DNA of 63,725 nucleotides, the filler included, from Licmophora abbreviata (lineage: Eukaryota): NCBI GenBank assembly GCA_900291995.1. It is 6 parts of 6 records of this genome, joined end to end, with 100 filler letters (N's around TTAATTAATTAA, not from the genome) between each part and the next. Parts side by side here need not be neighbours in the genome. Positions count along the whole stretch, not along the records: positions 60,486 to 62,141 come from OLMU01001275.1; positions 62,242 to 63,725 come from OLMU01001278.1; 4 more parts are not named here. One strand, given 5' to 3'. Each line of letters begins with the position of its first letter. Positions within the stretch are counted from its first letter, which is position 1. The notes under the pieces are model-generated. The model saw only the letters and a program-made list of their open reading frames with translations, had not been told where the DNA came from and did no database searches. Shown piece by piece: positions 60,652 through 63,725 of this stretch. The position numbers and the translations under genes are program-made.

Positions 60652-62141
60652 CTAGCGGAGCATCACTTTTGCAACGTTGTGGTAAAGGACATTCAATGTC
60701 TTGCCATGGAATGGTTGCCCGTCCTCCCTCGCTATATCGAACAAAATCCCTTCTTTCTGGAACGCCACATAGAGGTGCATGCCGTCGGGGCTGAAGCTGA
60801 GACCCGTGGTCTCGCTTGCGTAGTCGATACCTTCCATGATGGTAAAGAACTGCCCGAAAGAGTTTCGGCCATGGATACCAGCATTTTCACCTTGCTCCTC
60901 CGTAAAATACAGGATTTCTTGATGATCGTCGAGGATTGTCTTTAGAGAGTCAGGAGATCCATCAAAAACTCCTGTGTCGACGGGGGCGAATGAGAAGGGT
61001 TGTTTGAGGGGTTGGTTCAAAACAGCACAACCCTCGATAGCTTCTCACAGATATCTTCGCACTTACCGAACTCAGTAGAATATCGCTTATATGTCATGTC
61101 ATCCAGGTTGAGCACAAACAACCACTTCTCGCGCTTGCAAACCATGTAAAGATGGTTGCCTTCCCTGTCGATACCTTCCGATTCGGGGTAGTGATTGGCG
61201 GCATTAATTTTTGCGACAGCTATCTCACTTGTCCATCGGAAGCGTCCCTCTGTTGCATTCGTAAATGCAGGCTCGACAACAAGGTATTCGAGAGCCCCGT
61301 CACTATGAAGCATTGTCCACGGGTCATTCCAGTTGGCAATGTAAGGCGTGAACCGTCGAAGAGCTCCACGGGAACGATCCTCGGATGCAAAGAAGCGGGG
61401 CTGAGATCGGTCTCGATCATCGTAAGTGAAGCTCTCAAAACGGCCTCTACCTTCTCCGATCACAGTCTTTTCGGCCTTGCGTTTTCCAAACGGATCCACT
61501 TGGTAGATCTCACCGCTTCCAAGGACCTCTTCGCACGAAACCCATGTGTTCCATGGCGTACGTCCACCCCCACAGTTCATGGTGGTTCCTTTCAATACCA
61601 TTCCATATCGAATCACATTACCGTCTTTATCAAATACGATAGCTCCAACTCCTCCCTTTCCCTTCTCATCTATTTCACTATTGCTCGCGTACACCCAGCC
61701 CCCGCGATTCTCGTCCACATCGTCGGGTACAGGAAATGTAGCCCCGAAGTCCGGAGCACGATGGAATAATTCTGTCGATTGACCGCCTCCAACGTAGTCG
61801 ACTTTTTGATTCTTAACGGCTATGATGCGTGATTTGAGGCCTTTGGAAAGGAGCAATCCGTTCTCTTCAACTTCAAGGTGACCTGGAGCGTATGTTATGT
61901 CGTCGCTCTCTTCCGGTTCATCTCCCAGTGGGAGAGCTGTCGTGTCGCTGACGGGGGATGGCGTTGGAGGGACACTACGTGGAGCAGGGCTTGGCGTGAC
62001 AGGGATAGGACTGGGAGTGAAGTTCTGTTTCGGTGAGGTCATGGGCCTAGAACTTTGGTTCGTCTGAGGACGCTCAGTAGGAGAAGTGGCGAAGGGCCTC
62101 GGAGTCGGAGAATAAATGAAAGTTTGATCCTGGGAGACAGA
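60652..62141 (-). CDS. PhoX-family (DUF839) alkaline phosphatase-like protein with Pro/Thr/Ser-rich stalk, probably 5' partial
   Basis: Intron 60972-61066. PDFGATF, GGWVYASNSE, NCGGGRTPWNTWVSCEE, GRFES, EGI, GSPD and ETTGLSFSPDGMHLYVAFQ. The frame is open up to the gap. Confidence 0.85.
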
Positions 62142-62241
62142 NNNNNNNNNNNNNNNNNNNNNNNNNNNNNNNNNNNNNNNNNNNNTTAATTAATTAANNN
62201 NNNNNNNNNNNNNNNNNNNNNNNNNNNNNNNNNNNNNNNNN
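62142..62241. other. Scaffold gap with artificial linker
   Basis: N-run with central TTAATTAATTAA. Confidence 0.98.
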
Positions 62242-62483
62242 AGCAAGTGGTGACTTATACATAGTCACACTGATGGTCTCGGCAGTCCACGAAGCCGTCG
62301 AGTGATGAGTATCTTTTCGAGGGGGGATCCGTCGATAAGCAGCAGTGCAGTCGCGTGACCCGCCGACGGTCGGAAGCAGGACTCTGGCACAGGCTTCGCG
62401 TCGAGTAGTTTGTCTCTTCACCTATCGTTGGGCTGTCCGTCATGGCTCAAAAGAAACGAATGAGTTCCAATGAAGCAATAGTT

Positions 62484-63628
62484 TTACTCTTTCTTCAGAG
62501 TCACGCTTGCGCTGGAGAGAAAGAACTGCAACTCGTTCAGTCGCTTCCAGTGTGCCGTCACTCGGTCGAAGCGCTCATGTGCTCCTGTTTTCAGATTCCA
62601 TCTTACTGAAGCAGAGCCATCCTCGTGCGGTGTGACCTCTGCCTCCTGGAATCCAACGTACTGACAAATTAAGGGATGCATTGCCTTGTACAGGCTCTCC
62701 TTGAGACTAAAACGCAACAGTACCTCCTCGTCTTGTGATACGCCCTGAAATCACATGGATGAGACGATAAGTAGAACAAGAAGTCAGTCTCTGGTAGATG
62801 CAGGCACAAGTGCGGTCTTCCTTGCTTGCGTGGCCCCGTACTCACCGGGAGTCGACCTAATTCTCCGAGCTCACGTTCAGTCAATACTCTCCTGGCAATG
62901 CTCCTCCGTCGCGTACAAGTCTGTTCGATATCGACACCGATTCCTTTGGTAGGAGGAGTAGTTTGGTTGTTGCTGCTCGAGTGTATGCTCGATTCAGACG
63001 ATTCGTCTGAAGCCACCAGCGCCACGCCTGTGGTATGCTTGTGCGATATACTTCCCAAATATCCCGTCGGTACTGCCGGTCTCCCATATTCGTCACGCAA
63101 AATGCTCGCATCGGCCGGGATAAGCATTGCCTCTCGCATCGCAAGCCTTCCAAGAAAGAAGCTGCGCTGGGCTATTTCGGAAGGATGGGACATGGCATAC
63201 TCAACTTCGTCGGGATGCAAGAGCTCGTGAATCCAGTGAGTGTCGCGGCCAATAGACTCGGGGGAAAGTGAGTCCGGGTGAGACGGATTCTGATCAGCCA
63301 CGTCTAGACGAATTCCTACACAGCGGCCTTCGGGGATCTCCAGGTCAAACAGAGACTGCCATGGTTTTATCCGGGATGATGTGCTGCTACTGTTCAGTTT
63401 CGACTGGTGAAAGGACAAGGGCGGTGGGGGTTCTGTAGCCCATGAAGAAGATGACAGTGCATCAGCTGCGGCCAGGCTTTTCAAGTGAGGCAGTGCGGAT
63501 CGTCGTGCACTAGGAAGAATCATACTTTGAACCAAACTGAGCATTGCCGTCGCTGCAACAACGGTTCGGGTCCACCCGAGGATGAGTGGTGGTCTGCTTC
63601 GACAGAGTGGCGGCGTTTTAACATTCAT
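62484..63628 (-). CDS. 4'-phosphopantetheinyl transferase (EntD/Sfp-type)
   Basis: Intron 62745-62845. FFLGRLAMR, GRPAVP.GYLGSISHK, GIGVDIE and FSLKESLYKA. The N-terminal extension looks like a targeting presequence. Confidence 0.9.
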
Positions 63629-63725
63629 TCCAGTTGGAATTTTTTATTTCACGTGGGCAGCAGGAACTAACAAGCACAATCATGCATGTTTCCTCTTGTG
63701 TCTCAAACACAGCAACACAGCAACA

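Noticed and set aside
1..63725. Prokaryotic operon, defence island, CRISPR, transposon or RNA genes
   Set aside because: Spliceosomal introns and eukaryote-specific genes occur throughout. I saw no transposase, RT, integrase, cas, rRNA or tRNA signature by eye; small ncRNAs cannot be excluded without a covariance-model search.

Overview
A gene-dense eukaryotic scaffold with about 26 protein-coding genes, short GT-AG introns (about 70-200 nt) and compact, often divergent, intergenic spacers. Bipartite signal+Phe plastid-targeting peptides and the gene families present point to a diatom or related photosynthetic stramenopile (inference; the species cannot be named). Recognisable genes include a divergent kinesin, a kinase fused to EF-hands and two cNMP-binding domains, a GON4L/DUO3-like Myb protein, purH, a triple-module LRR surface protein, an INPP4-like phosphatase, a SET1-like methyltransferase, a C1/C2 membrane protein, DDX46/PRP5, a CENP-H-like protein, a rhomboid pseudoprotease, an ABCC transporter, a plastid DEAD-box helicase, a CEPT/AAPT, DHAR, a FetB-FetA (STAR2-STAR1) fusion, PhoX and an EntD-like PPTase. 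Five 100-nt scaffold gaps carry a TTAATTAATTAA linker. An Ion Torrent/SOLiD P1 adapter remnant and four apparent frameshifts (three at short base runs) suggest the disrupted genes are sequencing artefacts rather than pseudogenes. I found no rRNA, tRNA, CRISPR or transposon, and no clear-cut new multi-gene system. The best leads are unusual protein architectures, a shared RVxF-type motif family, a recurrent intergenic palindrome and a possible Fe/P-related gene neighbourhood. All family calls come from motif recognition without database searches.
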